64,000 nucleotides of DNA from an uncultured Planctomycetota bacterium (GTDB lineage Bacteria > Planctomycetota > Planctomycetia > Pirellulales > Lacipirellulaceae): the NCBI GenBank assembly GCA_963719315.1, contig CAVRBU010000017.1, positions 64,001-128,000 of the forward strand, written 5' to 3'. Positions 47,455 through 59,100 of this stretch are shown here, piece by piece; position 1 is the stretch's first letter; every line of letters starts with the position of its first letter. The notes under the pieces were generated by a model, which made no database searches, was not told the DNA's origin, and saw nothing but the letters and a program-made list of their open reading frames with translations. Position numbers and translations under genes: made by a program.

Positions 47455-48094
47455 GTTGCGACCTTCGTGAGAATGGGCTTAGCTGAACTTCCAGAGTTGG
47501 CATGGCCGCGCGCGGATTTTTCGAAATCCTCGCCGGGATAGATCTAGGCGCTCGTCAGCCGGATTGGATCACCCAGGTAGACTGCGGATTAGGATGGAAG
47601 CTAGCTTAGCGCTAAAGCTTCATTGCGAACCGCCTGCCGCGGCTCTAGCGGCCTGGAAAAGGCTGAGGCTAATGCTAGCGCAACGTCCCACAAGTGTGAG
47701 TAACGCGTAGTCACATTCGGCAGTTAGGGCCGCTGACTTGAGCGGCACGGTCGACTGCTCAACCCCTGTGAAGCCACTCCTGGGATGCGCAAGCATCAAA
47801 AATGGCCCGAATTCGTTGATTCGAGTCGCTGCGGCAAACTTGCCCGGATCGGGGAAATCCTGAGCTATTAAGGCGGGACGGCAGGCAGGCAGGCATCAAT
47901 GGCTGGGGGTGCGGATATGCTAGAAAAACTGTCGTAGTTACAATAATTTGTTGAATCTTAGCCGAGTGCTTGAGTAAACTTATCGAGAGGGCCACAATTT
48001 GTTGCGACAGTGCTGAAAACTCGAGTTGAACCGCCGGCGGCAGTAATTTTCGTGGTCGTTCGGGCAAATCAGAAATTCATTTGGGACAGCGGTG

Positions 48095-49204
48095 ATGAAA
48101 AGATTCAGTCGATTGCCATCCTTCGAAGTGCTGGAAGAAAAGCGGTTGAAGGCCGCGGATTTGGCGTGCTCGATCGCGCACGGCCCCGGGTTTGTAGAAG
48201 CGGTTGAAGCTTCGCCGAGTTGCCCTCCAACGAGCAGTCCGCTAATCGCGAGTTCTCTTCAGCAATCGAAATCATTAACCGCAAGTGCTGCGTCAGAATC
48301 CACGGAGGACGAATCCAACTCCGAAGAGCAGGGCAGTGAAACCGACGGCTCGGACGACAACGAGACCGACGGCTCAGACGACAGTGAGGGTGACGACACA
48401 GACGATAACGAGACCGACGGGTCGGATGACAATGAAACAGACAACTCGGACGATAACGAATCCGATGACTCCGATGACAGCGACTCCGATGACAGCGACT
48501 CCGATGACAGCGACTCCGACGACAACGACTCCAGCGATCAGGAGATGGAATTCTCGGCCACGTTGACGGGAACTGGCGATGGGACGGCCAGCGTAGAGAC
48601 AGATACGGAGCACGCTTCGACGAAGACGGACTTTGTAGTCAAGGTTTCTGGAGCCCCCGCCAGCCAAACTTTTCAAGTGACGGTCGATTCCACCGTGGTG
48701 GGTAACCTTACCACCGACACCCAGGGTGCTGGGAAACTGAAGCTTTCGAGTGACCCGGATGACGATGAGCAAGCGCTGCCGGCTGATTTTCCCACGGTGT
48801 CGGACGGCACGACGGTGAGTGTGGGCCTGGCTGGCCAAACGCCTATTCTAACGGGAACATTCGCGGCGGATTCAGAAGCTTCGGACTTGAAACAGCTCGA
48901 AAGTTCGGGCTTGAGTAGCGGACAACTGTCATTACCGAATGATTTTCAAACGGGCGGTTCGGGTGCGTCGTCTAACTCTGCCGCCCTTAAGTCTTCGGCT
49001 ACCAGCTTGCCGTCCCAACGATCGGCGGACGATAGCGCCCTTGACCCGAATCTGGTCGATTTGGTGTATGCCACTGCCGATAATCCGCACAATTCCGAAG
49101 ATCAATCCGCACTTTTGGAAAGCAGCACAAAGGGCCCGGCAGACGAATCCGCGGATTCGGTTTTTGAGCGTCTCTCAAGCAACCCGCTTACCTGGACCAA
49201 TTAA
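48095..49204 (+). CDS. Planctomycete-type extracellular protein with Asp/Ser-rich repeats
   Basis: RLPSFEVLEEKRLKAAD export-like motif; (ETDGSDDN)n and (SDSDD)n repeats at ~48337-48535; beta-rich central domain. Confidence 0.75.
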   Translation: MKRFSRLPSFEVLEEKRLKAADLACSIAHGPGFVEAVEASPSCPPTSSPLIASSLQQSKSLTASAASESTEDESNSEEQGSETDGSDDNETDGSDDSEGDDTDDNETDGSDDNETDNSDDNESDDSDDSDSDDSDSDDSDSDDNDSSDQEMEFSATLTGTGDGTASVETDTEHASTKTDFVVKVSGAPASQTFQVTVDSTVVGNLTTDTQGAGKLKLSSDPDDDEQALPADFPTVSDGTTVSVGLAGQTPILTGTFAADSEASDLKQLESSGLSSGQLSLPNDFQTGGSGASSNSAALKSSATSLPSQRSADDSALDPNLVDLVYATADNPHNSEDQSALLESSTKGPADESADSVFERLSSNPLTWTN

Positions 49205-49240
49205 GCCCGACAGCGGCGTCGAAACACGAAGCGATTTCAC

Positions 49241-49281
49241 AAAAAAACAGCCCCCCGGTCTCGGAACCGGGAGGGCTGTTT
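49241..49281 (-). terminator. Intrinsic terminator between convergent genes
   Basis: aaaaaaacagccccccgg...ccgggagggctgttt. Confidence 0.75.
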
Positions 49282-49317
49282 GGTTAGCACAGGAATTTAG
49301 GACGGTCAAACCGCGAA

Positions 49318-50280
49318 TCAATAAGCGGCTGGATTAACTAAAGCCCGACGTAGTTGTTGGTTGGCGTTACGGGCAGTGTTCTGGCGAAGGTAAGCAGGTG
49401 TGCCGGCTCCTTCGCCGGGCTCCATCATGTTTTCTTCGTCGCCGCCGCCTTCGCCACCGCCTTCTTCGTGGGCCGGGTTCTCTTCGTCGGCTGCAGCTCC
49501 AAGGAGGATTTGGATACCTAGCAAACAGAAGAAGTCGGGCACGCCGTCGCGGCTGGAGCGGAAGCTGCGCCCGGCCGAGCCGAGCAGAACGAGGTTCTTA
49601 TTGAGCGGGTACGCAAAACCAAGATTGAAGAACGGAACATCCGGATCTAGAGAATTTCTGTGGTCAAATACAAAGGCGCCAACTTCCCCTTGCAGTTCCA
49701 GGCCACTTTCGTATTCGTAACCTGTAGCGAGGCCAAACTTCCAGAAATTCGAATCGTTGTCGCCGAACACAATATTGTAACCGATTTCCGGATTGATCCA
49801 CGCATTGTCGTCGCAGAAGGCTTTCTGAAACTCAAAGGGCAAAAACAGTTCGGTCTGACCACTGCCCAGGTCGCGGCTTTCGTCACCGGTCGGGCTGGCG
49901 ACCTGCGGGTAAAATGAGACGGCCCAGCCAATGCCTTCATCTTCATCCAGGAAACGGTACTTGTATCCGACCAAGAGATCGCTGATGCCCCACTCGGCGT
50001 CGGCGCCTTCGGGATCGTTTTGCAGGACGGCGAATTCGACTTTCAACTGATCTCTATCACTGAACAGGCCGTAATTGAGGTCGAACAGCGGGGCCTCCAA
50101 CTCGTGCCCGTCGCGGGTGTGCTCGTAGGCGGAGGTGATATTGATTTCCCAGCCGTGATAGCCGGGTGTTTCCGGGTCGTCGGTAATCAAGGGGGGCGAA
50201 CCGGCGAAGGCCTGGCCGCAGCCGATTGTGAAAGCCATGAGCAGGCTAGCTCTCACGAGAACGCTAATCCGTGCGTACAT
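49318..50280 (-). CDS. Putative outer-membrane beta-barrel protein
   Basis: Signal peptide, GSPPLITDDPETP, alternating beta-strands (DLLVGYKYRF, FNLGFAYPL), acidic tail. Confidence 0.65.
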   Translation of the reverse strand: MYARISVLVRASLLMAFTIGCGQAFAGSPPLITDDPETPGYHGWEINITSAYEHTRDGHELEAPLFDLNYGLFSDRDQLKVEFAVLQNDPEGADAEWGISDLLVGYKYRFLDEDEGIGWAVSFYPQVASPTGDESRDLGSGQTELFLPFEFQKAFCDDNAWINPEIGYNIVFGDNDSNFWKFGLATGYEYESGLELQGEVGAFVFDHRNSLDPDVPFFNLGFAYPLNKNLVLLGSAGRSFRSSRDGVPDFFCLLGIQILLGAAADEENPAHEEGGGEGGGDEENMMEPGEGAGTPAYLRQNTARNANQQLRRALVNPAAY

Positions 50281-50558
50281 CGCAAAGTCTCCGTAATATG
50301 CGCAGTCGAGGCGTTGATAGACGTAATGTCTGTCCTATCCTTCTTCGTCCGCGGATCGACAAGCTATCAACCCCCGCTTGGTTGAAAGCCGAAGTACTAT
50401 GAAATCCGTAGATAAGTGATGCGGTCGGTAGGAGTTCGACTACTTATGCACTGCGGAACGGGCGCCTGGCGCAGCGCTTCCGCACGCTAACGAGGGGACG
50501 ACGCTGCGGTCCCGCAGACTTGACGAATGGGGCAGGAAAAACCGGCGCGATTGCGCTT

Positions 50559-51575
50559 CTATTTTCCCGCGCCGAGAATGAGGACGCCAAACTGGGCCGG
50601 ACGACCGCCATGAGCGGGAATGGTCGCCGGAATGTAGAACCGGCTCGTGGACGGATCGTCGGTGATCGTGGCGCCCGACTTTGCGGTCTTGAGAGTTTGT
50701 ACGGCCTCGAACTTGCCGGGCGATGTTTCTCGAACGATCGTTGCCGTGCCATCCTCGCCATTGGAACTCACGGCGACGTTCAGTTTGGGGTCGAACGCAC
50801 AGCCGTCGGCGCCCTTTCCGATTGGAACCGTCGCCAACAGCTTACCGTTTCCGTAATCGACGACCGCCATTTTTTCATTCTCGCCGACCGAATACAGGCG
50901 ATGGCGTGCAAGATCGATAGCCAGGCCGCTGGGAGTCTCGAGGGGCGCGAGGGGCCAGTGGTCAACTAGCTTCATCGCTTTGGTATCGATGACTTCGATT
51001 TCACTTTTGTCTTCGTTGTTGACGAAGATTTTGCCGGCGCCGTCGGATCGCCCATATTCCAGCGCACCGCCGACGTGGATCGGGAAGGGCGGGGCGTCGA
51101 GATTTGCCGGATCGATCGCCACCGCATCGCCGCCTTCACAGAGCGCGAACACCTTTCTGCTGGCCGGATCGTAAATAATCGGGTCGGGATTCGTGCCCCC
51201 TTCCTTGGGCATCGGGATCTTGCGAATAATTTTCAGGGTTTTGGTGTCGAAGACCGCGACGGCGTTTTCCTCGCCGCTCGTGATGAAGCCGATGTTCTTA
51301 TCGGGCACGAACGCGATGCCATGCGCATCTTTCAGCCCGCCGATTTGGCCAATTCGAGTTCCGCGCTTGGTATCCACCACCTGCACATGATCATTGCAGG
51401 CGATAAACAGGCGTTGAGCTTTCGGATCGAGAATTGGGTAGTCCCACTCGGTGGCGCCGCCGACTTGAAAGGTCTCGATGATTCTCAGTTTGGCCGCAGA
51501 CGATTGCGAACGGGCAGATGGGGCCGCAATCGAGAACGATGCAAATGCGACGAGCAGAGTCAGACAGCGTTTCAT
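50559..51575 (-). CDS. YncE/YVTN-family beta-propeller protein
   Basis: Signal peptide; repeats HGIAFVP, VAVFDTKTLK, PDPIIYDP, PSGLAID, VPIGKGADG. Confidence 0.85.
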   Translation of the reverse strand: MKRCLTLLVAFASFSIAAPSARSQSSAAKLRIIETFQVGGATEWDYPILDPKAQRLFIACNDHVQVVDTKRGTRIGQIGGLKDAHGIAFVPDKNIGFITSGEENAVAVFDTKTLKIIRKIPMPKEGGTNPDPIIYDPASRKVFALCEGGDAVAIDPANLDAPPFPIHVGGALEYGRSDGAGKIFVNNEDKSEIEVIDTKAMKLVDHWPLAPLETPSGLAIDLARHRLYSVGENEKMAVVDYGNGKLLATVPIGKGADGCAFDPKLNVAVSSNGEDGTATIVRETSPGKFEAVQTLKTAKSGATITDDPSTSRFYIPATIPAHGGRPAQFGVLILGAGK

Positions 51576-51621
51576 GAAAACTCCACCAACAATCGTTGAA
51601 GATCGACGCCCGCACCGTGGC

Positions 51622-52320
51622 TCATTTGCCGGCCGCGGTCGTGAACGTGGTTTCAATGACCGAGACGTTCCCCGCGGAAGAAACCGTGCCGATCCCGAGC
51701 TGGCACTTGCCGCCGGGAATTAAGAACCCATCGGGCACGGAAAACGAGGTCATGTTAGCGGGAAGCTTGACCTCGATATGGGCCGAGGTTTTCGCCGGGC
51801 TAAGCTCCAGCGTGTAACCCGCGACGCCTTTGACCGGCGCCCAGGTGATTTTCAAATTCTTGGCCGGAACGTTCCGCGCGTCGGCTTTGGGAAAAACGAA
51901 CGACGTGGGCACTGGCAGCTTGTGGCTTAAAGTGGATTTGCCTTCGAGCTGTTCGCCCGAAGACGTGGTAGCCGTAAATGTATACTGACCCTCGGGGTAG
52001 GCCTTCTGCAGCGCCGCAACATCCGTGGGCTCGGGCGATTCGAAGTGAAACTCCCGGATCCCCATGGCGGACTTGCCCGGTGAAGTTAATTCGACAACCG
52101 CGTGTCCATCCGGCGCCGATAAAGTCAGCTTTGCCAGTCCCTCATCGCCGCCGATGGCTTCGAACACGGCTTCCACGTCGCCGTCGGTCGCGTTTTGCTC
52201 GAATCGAACGCTGACGTCTTCGAACGGTTCGGCCTTTTCCGCCGCGAGGGCAGGGATGGCGAGCACGCATAGCAACGAGGCAACTAACATCGATTGCGTT
52301 GTCATTGAGGAATCCTTCAT
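51622..52320 (-). CDS. Secreted beta-rich hypothetical protein (C-terminal Fn3-like region)
   Basis: Signal peptide, EQNATDGD motif, ITWAPVKGVAGY; start overlaps the RND stop. Confidence 0.7.
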   Translation of the reverse strand: MKDSSMTTQSMLVASLLCVLAIPALAAEKAEPFEDVSVRFEQNATDGDVEAVFEAIGGDEGLAKLTLSAPDGHAVVELTSPGKSAMGIREFHFESPEPTDVAALQKAYPEGQYTFTATTSSGEQLEGKSTLSHKLPVPTSFVFPKADARNVPAKNLKITWAPVKGVAGYTLELSPAKTSAHIEVKLPANMTSFSVPDGFLIPGGKCQLGIGTVSSAGNVSVIETTFTTAAGK

Positions 52321-55300
52321 TAAGAGGCGAAAACAGGCTGCCGCCGTTCCACGATCGTGGCATCCTCAGCGATCAATTCTGAAGTGCCTTGGCCGAACTG
52401 CAGGTACAGCGATGGCACGACGAATAGATTGAGCAAGCACGAGGTGACCAGGCCGCCCAGGATGACGATGGCCATGGGATACTCGATTTCGTGACCGGGA
52501 ATGTTGCCCGTCCAAATCAAGGGGACCAGAGCGAGTCCCGTGGCTAAGGCAGTCATCAGGATCGGCGAAAGACGTTCGACAGCACCGCGAAGCGCGAGAT
52601 GCGGTCCAAAGACCTCGCCTTCGTATTTTTCCAGATGCTGGTAGTGATTGATCAGCATGATCTTGTTGCGAGCGGCAATGCCGAACACGGTGAGAAAGCC
52701 GACCAGCGAACCCAGGGAAATAACGTCGCCAGTGAAGTATGCGGCCAGCAAACCGCCGACGAGGGCCGATGGCAGCGTCAGGAAGCCCAGAATCGCCAAA
52801 CGCACGTTGCCGAACGATTCGAGCAGGATGAGGAACACGCCGATTACACCGCCGATCGCGAAGATCATCATTCGACGCTGGGCGTTCTGTCGCTCGGTAT
52901 ATTCGCCGAGAACCTCGGCGTGATAACCCAAGGGAAATTTGACTTTATCCAGGCGATTCTGAACCTCGGACATCACGGCGCCAAGATCGGCGGCGTCCAC
53001 GTTGCCGCTGACATCAATCCGGCGCGAGGCATTGTCGCGAAAGACGACACTCGGCACCGGCGCGATCCGCACATCGGCGACATCGCCCAAGCGGACCTGG
53101 CCGTCGTGGGGCGTGTCGATGGGCATATTTTGAACGCTATTGACGCTATGCCGCGCGGAGGGAATGCTCCAGACGTTCACATCGTATGCTTTGCCGTCGA
53201 TGAATAGGTCGCCTACTTCTTCGCCGGCCATCATGACGGCCGATGCCCGGCGAATGTCGCCCGGCTTCACGCCATAGCGCAGTGCGGCGGGAAGGTTGAC
53301 TTTGACTTGAATCTCCGGCACTTCGGATTGAAGCTGGACGTAGAGATCGACGATGCCGGGAATGTCTTTGATCGCTTTTTCGACTTCGTCGGCCTTATCG
53401 TGAATGCCCTTCAGATCGGGGCCAAAAATTCGAATGGAGAAAGTCTCCTTGGAACCCGAAAGCACCTCGTCGATGGTTTCGTTAAGATACGTTTCCACGT
53501 TATGGTACATTCCAGGATAACCGGCTACGACCTTTTCGATGGCTTCGACCGTTTCATCGTAGTCCACGCTGGGATCGATGCTGATCCAATTTTCACCGAA
53601 ATTGACGCCGGCGGTTTCGTCTCCCTGCAAGGCCTGCCCGATGTGGGAGCCGAAATTGCGCACGCCCGGAATCGCTCGCAGTTCCTTACTGACCCGAGCG
53701 GCCATTCTGTGCTCTTCGGCAACCGAGGTGCCCGGTTTCGTGATCCAGTGCATGAGGAAATCCCGCTCCTTGAACTCCGGAAACAGCGATTCTCCCAGCA
53801 AAGGCAAAACGCCGATACCGATCAGCATGACGAGGCCGGTGGCGAAAAACACCGGTCGGGGTCGCGCGATGATTCGCGCGAGCATCGGTTCATAGATGCG
53901 GTGCAGCCAATTCACCAGCGGCGATTCGCGCTGCTCGATCTTGGCATTGGCCAAGAGGATGTAGCACAGGGCGGGCGTGACCGTCAGGGCCACGACCATC
54001 GAGGCCATTACGGCCAATCCGTACGAGACGGCGAGTGGCTGGAAAAATGCGCCGGACAAACCGCCGATGAAGAAGATCGGAATCAACACCACGACGTCGA
54101 TCAACGTGGCGTGAATGATCGCCTGGCGAACTTCGAGCGAGGCTTCGAGGATGATTCGGGCCGTTGATTTCTTGACGCCTTCCTTGCGGTATTGGCGCAA
54201 GCGGCGGACGATGTTTTCCACGTCGATAATCGCGTCATCGACCACGACGCCGATGGCGATCACGAAACCGGCCAGGATCATCGTATTGAGCGCCGCGCCC
54301 TGCGCGTAAAGGACTAATGCGCCAGCCATCAATGAAAGCGGGATCGCCAATAGGCTAATCAAGGCCGTGCGCCATTCGAACAGGAAGGCGGCAATCACGA
54401 TCATCACGAGCAGGCAGCCGAAGAGCAGCGCACGGGTAAGGTTGTCGAACGCCAACTGGATGTAATCGGCCGGGCGAAAAATCGTCGAATCGATTTGCAA
54501 ACCGGGAAGACCGGGCCGCAATTCATCGAGCGCCGCTTCCACACCGCGCGTCGTCTCCAGGGTGTTCGCCCAAGGATACTTTTGCATGACGAGCATCAGC
54601 CCGGGGCCACCGTTGATGACGGCGTCGCCGAAGAGTGGCCAGGTGTCGGTAACGACGTCCGCCACATCGCTCAAGACGAGCGGCGTACCGTCGGCCTTTT
54701 TCCGGTCGCCGATGGGCACATGGGCAAGTTCTGCCGCGGATTTGAGAGACGAGACGGGCCGGATGTTGACCCGCTGATTGGGCGTATCGATGAAACCACC
54801 GGTGCCGATCATGGCGCCTTCGGAGAAGTACAAGATGCCCACGTCCAAGGCATCGGCGGTCGTCTCCATCACGTCGTCGAGGGTGACCTTGTGGGCCGCC
54901 ATTCGATCGGGATCGACCCGCACCTGGGGCATCTTGAGCTGCTCGCCCCAAATGCACACATTGGCCACGCCGGGCACGCGCAACAAGCGGGCCCGGATCG
55001 TCCAATAGGCCATCATCGACATATCGGTCAGCGGGATCGAATCGGACGAGAGTCCGATTTTCATGAATCGGCCGGTCACGGAAACGGGCGGCATCATGAC
55101 GGGCGGCGAAGCCCAGGTGGGCAACGTGGGAATCACCGTGGCCATGCGCTCCTGCACCAATTGGCGGGCCAGAAGCTCATTCGTGCCAGGCTTGAAGAGC
55201 ATTTCGATCGCCGACAAGTCGCCCAGGCTTTTGGAACGCATGATGTCCAGGCCATCGACGCCCATCAGCGCCTGCTCCATCGGAACGCTCACGAACGACT

Positions 55301-55484
55301 CGACTTCCTCGGCGGACAGCCCCAGACAAATCGTCTGAATCTCAACGCGCGGCGGCGCGAACTCGGGAAACACATCCACCGGCATTCTGCCGAGCTCCGT
55401 GACCCCGAACAACATCATGCCAGCGGCGATCGCCAGTACGATGTACCGAAACTTCAGGCTTGTACCCACAATTGCTCGTATCAT
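52320..55484 (-). CDS. RND permease (CusA/CzcA-like), canonical proton-relay residues
   Basis: PVDVFPEFAPPRVEIQT, GVVVDDAIIDVEN, GIAARN, ERLSPILMTA. Confidence 0.93.
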   Translation of the reverse strand: MIRAIVGTSLKFRYIVLAIAAGMMLFGVTELGRMPVDVFPEFAPPRVEIQTICLGLSAEEVESFVSVPMEQALMGVDGLDIMRSKSLGDLSAIEMLFKPGTNELLARQLVQERMATVIPTLPTWASPPVMMPPVSVTGRFMKIGLSSDSIPLTDMSMMAYWTIRARLLRVPGVANVCIWGEQLKMPQVRVDPDRMAAHKVTLDDVMETTADALDVGILYFSEGAMIGTGGFIDTPNQRVNIRPVSSLKSAAELAHVPIGDRKKADGTPLVLSDVADVVTDTWPLFGDAVINGGPGLMLVMQKYPWANTLETTRGVEAALDELRPGLPGLQIDSTIFRPADYIQLAFDNLTRALLFGCLLVMIVIAAFLFEWRTALISLLAIPLSLMAGALVLYAQGAALNTMILAGFVIAIGVVVDDAIIDVENIVRRLRQYRKEGVKKSTARIILEASLEVRQAIIHATLIDVVVLIPIFFIGGLSGAFFQPLAVSYGLAVMASMVVALTVTPALCYILLANAKIEQRESPLVNWLHRIYEPMLARIIARPRPVFFATGLVMLIGIGVLPLLGESLFPEFKERDFLMHWITKPGTSVAEEHRMAARVSKELRAIPGVRNFGSHIGQALQGDETAGVNFGENWISIDPSVDYDETVEAIEKVVAGYPGMYHNVETYLNETIDEVLSGSKETFSIRIFGPDLKGIHDKADEVEKAIKDIPGIVDLYVQLQSEVPEIQVKVNLPAALRYGVKPGDIRRASAVMMAGEEVGDLFIDGKAYDVNVWSIPSARHSVNSVQNMPIDTPHDGQVRLGDVADVRIAPVPSVVFRDNASRRIDVSGNVDAADLGAVMSEVQNRLDKVKFPLGYHAEVLGEYTERQNAQRRMMIFAIGGVIGVFLILLESFGNVRLAILGFLTLPSALVGGLLAAYFTGDVISLGSLVGFLTVFGIAARNKIMLINHYQHLEKYEGEVFGPHLALRGAVERLSPILMTALATGLALVPLIWTGNIPGHEIEYPMAIVILGGLVTSCLLNLFVVPSLYLQFGQGTSELIAEDATIVERRQPVFAS

Positions 55485-55624
55485 AGCTGAAGACCCTCTC
55501 TAGTGGTCTGTCACGTCTGATTCTGAGGTGAAGCCGAACTCGCTCGAGTTCAGTGGCTTGCTACGTAAGCTGGAATTCTTGCTAACTCCGCTGCCAACAC
55601 TTGATCTCTGGCGTACGCCGTCGG

Positions 55625-56080
55625 TCACTCTTCTTCGAATTCTTGTTCAGATCCATATAGTTCAGCGGCGCCGACGGTCACGACGAGTGCGCCCGGATCG
55701 GGGCCGTTCGAGAGAAACGCTTTATCGCCATCGATATGTTCGATTACGATGGGATGGCGGACGAAAATCAGCGGCGTGGTGTTGATCCACGTCCAGGCGG
55801 CGCCCTCGGTATCGTAAAGGACGGCGGCGTAGGGGATGACCTTCTGCTGCCCGCCGGCCGCTTGGGCCTCGGCAACGGGCGCCGTCTGTATGTCGAGCCG
55901 TTTGGCGGCGTTATCGGTTAACGTCACACGCGCGGGTTCGGGACCCTCGAGGTGCTCGACTGTGGCCGGCTTGTTCTCTTGCTCTTCGTCCGCGGTCGTG
56001 TCTGCCGTCCGATTGCACGACGCCAAAGGCAGGCAAGCGGTGAGAAATAACGCGGCGATCCAACGATGCTTCGTATTCAT
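55625..56080 (-). CDS. Minimal membrane-fusion-protein-like lipoprotein
   Basis: Lipobox LASC; AAKRLDIQTAPV joined directly to IPYAAVLYD...VVTVGAAELY (MFP N- and C-terminal parts only). Confidence 0.75.
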   Translation of the reverse strand: MNTKHRWIAALFLTACLPLASCNRTADTTADEEQENKPATVEHLEGPEPARVTLTDNAAKRLDIQTAPVAEAQAAGGQQKVIPYAAVLYDTEGAAWTWINTTPLIFVRHPIVIEHIDGDKAFLSNGPDPGALVVTVGAAELYGSEQEFEEE

Positions 56081-56113
56081 GATATCCTCTTGGTTATGTA
56101 ATTGCTTAATTGC

Positions 56114-59100
56114 CTAATTGCTGATGTCGGAAGGAACTTCGTGCTCTGGAGTGCGGACTCGCGAAATGGCTTCGCGCATTTCTTCATCACTCAAACCGCT
56201 GGCGAGATCGGCAAACTCGACACCGCGGCCGGGACCGCAGAGCAAGAAAATGGCCGGCACGCCAAACAGGATGAACAACGTGGTAGTGATCAAGCCGCCG
56301 ATCGTGACAATGGCCATCGGCCGCAAGGTCTCCAGGCCCGGGACGTTGCCCAGGAATAGCACCGGGGCGACGGCGAGCCCGGTGGCGATCGCGGTCGCCA
56401 GGATAGGCGCCATCCGCTCGCGGGCGCCGTATTGAACCAATCCGGGCCCAAAGGGCGGAATGCCGGCCGCTTCGATCGCATCGAGCCGGTGCCGCGGATC
56501 AAATTGTGCGCGGAAGCGGGCGACTTCGGGATCGAGTTGGGCGCTTCCACCAGCCGATGTGAGACGCTGGTAGTGTCGAATGAGCGTCAGGCTGCTGCAA
56601 ACGGCAATCCCGAAGACGGCGAGCAAGCCGGCAATGGAGCCGAGCGTAAAGACTCCGCCCGTGCAGTAAGTGGCCAGCAGTCCACCCGCCAAGGCGGCTG
56701 GGAACGTCAGGAACGACAGGGAAGCCAGTCGCCAACTTCCAACGGCGGCTTGCAGCAGGAAGAAAATGCCTGCCGCTGCGGCCAGTGATACGGCCAGGAA
56801 GTGAAGGCGGGCTGCGCGGGGGACTGCGTAGTCTCCCACGACGCTGGCGTAGTATTCGAGCGGAAACTTCATTTCTTGAACGCGGCCTTTGATGTCGGCG
56901 ACGACTTCGCCAAGGTCGCGATCCTGGACATCGGACACGATATCGATATAGCGCTTGCACGCCTCATGGCGAACGATACTGTTCGTTGGAACAATACGGA
57001 CCTCCGCCACATCGCCCAGCTTGACGTGCCCGCCATCGGGGGTATCGATGTTCAAATCGCGGATGCTGCTCAGACTGTGGCGCGTTTCGGGCGTGCTCCA
57101 CACGACTACGTCGAAAACCTTTTGGTCCTCGAACAGACTGCCGACCACGATGCCCGAAAGCATCGTGACGGCGGCGCGACGCACATCGCCCGGCTTGAGT
57201 CCGTGTTCCTGTGCCGCCTTCAGGTTGACTTCCGTTTCGAGAGTTGCTTCCCGAATGGGGAATTTGATCCGTGACTCGGCGATTCCATCGATTCCCTGGA
57301 TGGCTTTTTTGACGTTTTTGGCCTTGCTGCGGAGTACATCCGCCTTGTCGCCGTAAATCCGCGTGACGATCTTGTCTTCCGGTTCGGGAATGATGTCGCT
57401 GCTCTTTTCCCGGAGATAGGTCTGCACGCTGTATGTCAGGCCGGGATAACCCTCGACGATTTCTTTGATCGCATCGGCAGTCTGTTTGTAGTTGGCCTTC
57501 GGGTCGATATTGACCCACACTTCGGCCGAATTGACGTTCACCACCTGGTCGCCGCGGATGGCTCGCCCGATGTGGGCACCGACGTTGTTCACGCCGGGAA
57601 CCGTTCGCAGCTCATTCCCCATGCGGCCGGCGATGCGGCTCATTTCCGGATGCGATGTGCCGGGCATGGCGTTGAGGTGGATCAAAAGACTCAATTCGTG
57701 GAACGAAGGTAGCGGTTGCTGAGAGATAAGTGGCATCAACGCCAATCCCACGATTGTCAGGGCGCCAATGGCGCAGAAGGCCAAGCGGCCGTGCTGGACA
57801 AACCGGGCCAGGAGAGGTTCGTAAATGCCCTGCAGCCAACTCACGAGCCGTGAATCGCGGCGCTCGGTTGGCGCCTTGGTGAGGAACAACAGGCACAGCG
57901 CCGGCGTGACAGTCAACGCGACCGCCGTGGAAGCGATGATCGCCAGGGCGTACGAAATCGCCAACGGCTTGTAGAAAGCGCCGGACGAGCCGCTCATCAA
58001 CAGGATCGGCACCACCGCCATAAGAACGATTGCGGCGGCGTAGATGATCGTGCTTCGCGCTTCGTGCGAAGCTTCGAGGATAATTCTCGCGGTCGAACTG
58101 ATGCTCCGATCGGCACGAAATTGGCGAAGCCGGAGAACGATGTTCTCGACGTCGATAACCGCGTCGTACACGATCACGGAGATCGCGGCGGCAAAGCCAG
58201 TCAGCACGATCATGTTGAACGTGGCGCCGGTCGAATACAGCACCAGTGCCGCCACCAGCAGCGACAGCGGGATGGCGATCAGACTGATAAAAGCGGTGCG
58301 CCACTGCAAGAAAAAGGCAATCAGAGCCAATGCAACGAGGGCGAAGCCGATGGCAATTGCCCGAGTCAGATTGCCGAAAGCCGCCTCGATGAAATCGGCG
58401 GGGCGAAAGACTTTGGTATTGACATCGATTCCGAGCAGACCGGGTTCCAATTCGGTCATGGCTTCTTCTACGCCGCGCGTTACGTCCAGCGTGTTGGCGC
58501 CGGGGAATTTTTCGATGACCAGCAGCAAGCCCGGACCTTTGCTCGTGAGTGCGTCGCCAATGAGGGGCTGATGGTCTTCGACGACGTTCGCCACGTCGCC
58601 GATGTGCAGCGAAGTGCCCTCGATGGGCACTTGCGCGAGCTGGTCGGGCGTAACGATCGGCAAAATATGGCGGATTCCGAGGCGTTGATTCGCGGTATCG
58701 ATGAACCCGCCGGTGCCGGGCGTGGAGGCTTCGATGAACGATAGCGACGACACCCACAGCGCATTGCCGGTCGTTTCGAGAACCTTAAGCAGTTCGACCT
58801 TCTTTTCTTCCAAGCGCTTGGGATCGACTTGCACCTGGAGCTGCCAATCTCTCTGACCCCAGATCGCCACATTGGCGACGCCCGGCACGCCCATCAGGCG
58901 CGGCATGATGGTCCAGCGGGCAAGCACGCCCATCTGGATCAGCGGCACATCCTTCGACGACAGGCCAATCATCATGACCCGGCTCGTGGACGACATGGGC
59001 TGGAGCATCACGGGCGGTTTGGATACGTGCGGCATCGCATACGCCTGCGTCATACGCTCCGACACCATCTGCCGCGCCTTCATCAGATCCGTGCCCGGTT

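Noticed and set aside
47490..48090. Riboswitch or ncRNA in long intergenic regions (also 10311-10990 and 59450-60000)
   Set aside because: Only short palindromes; no motif I can recognise without a covariance-model search
48337..48535. Tandem repeat as a CRISPR-like array
   Set aside because: In-frame coding repeats without unique spacers
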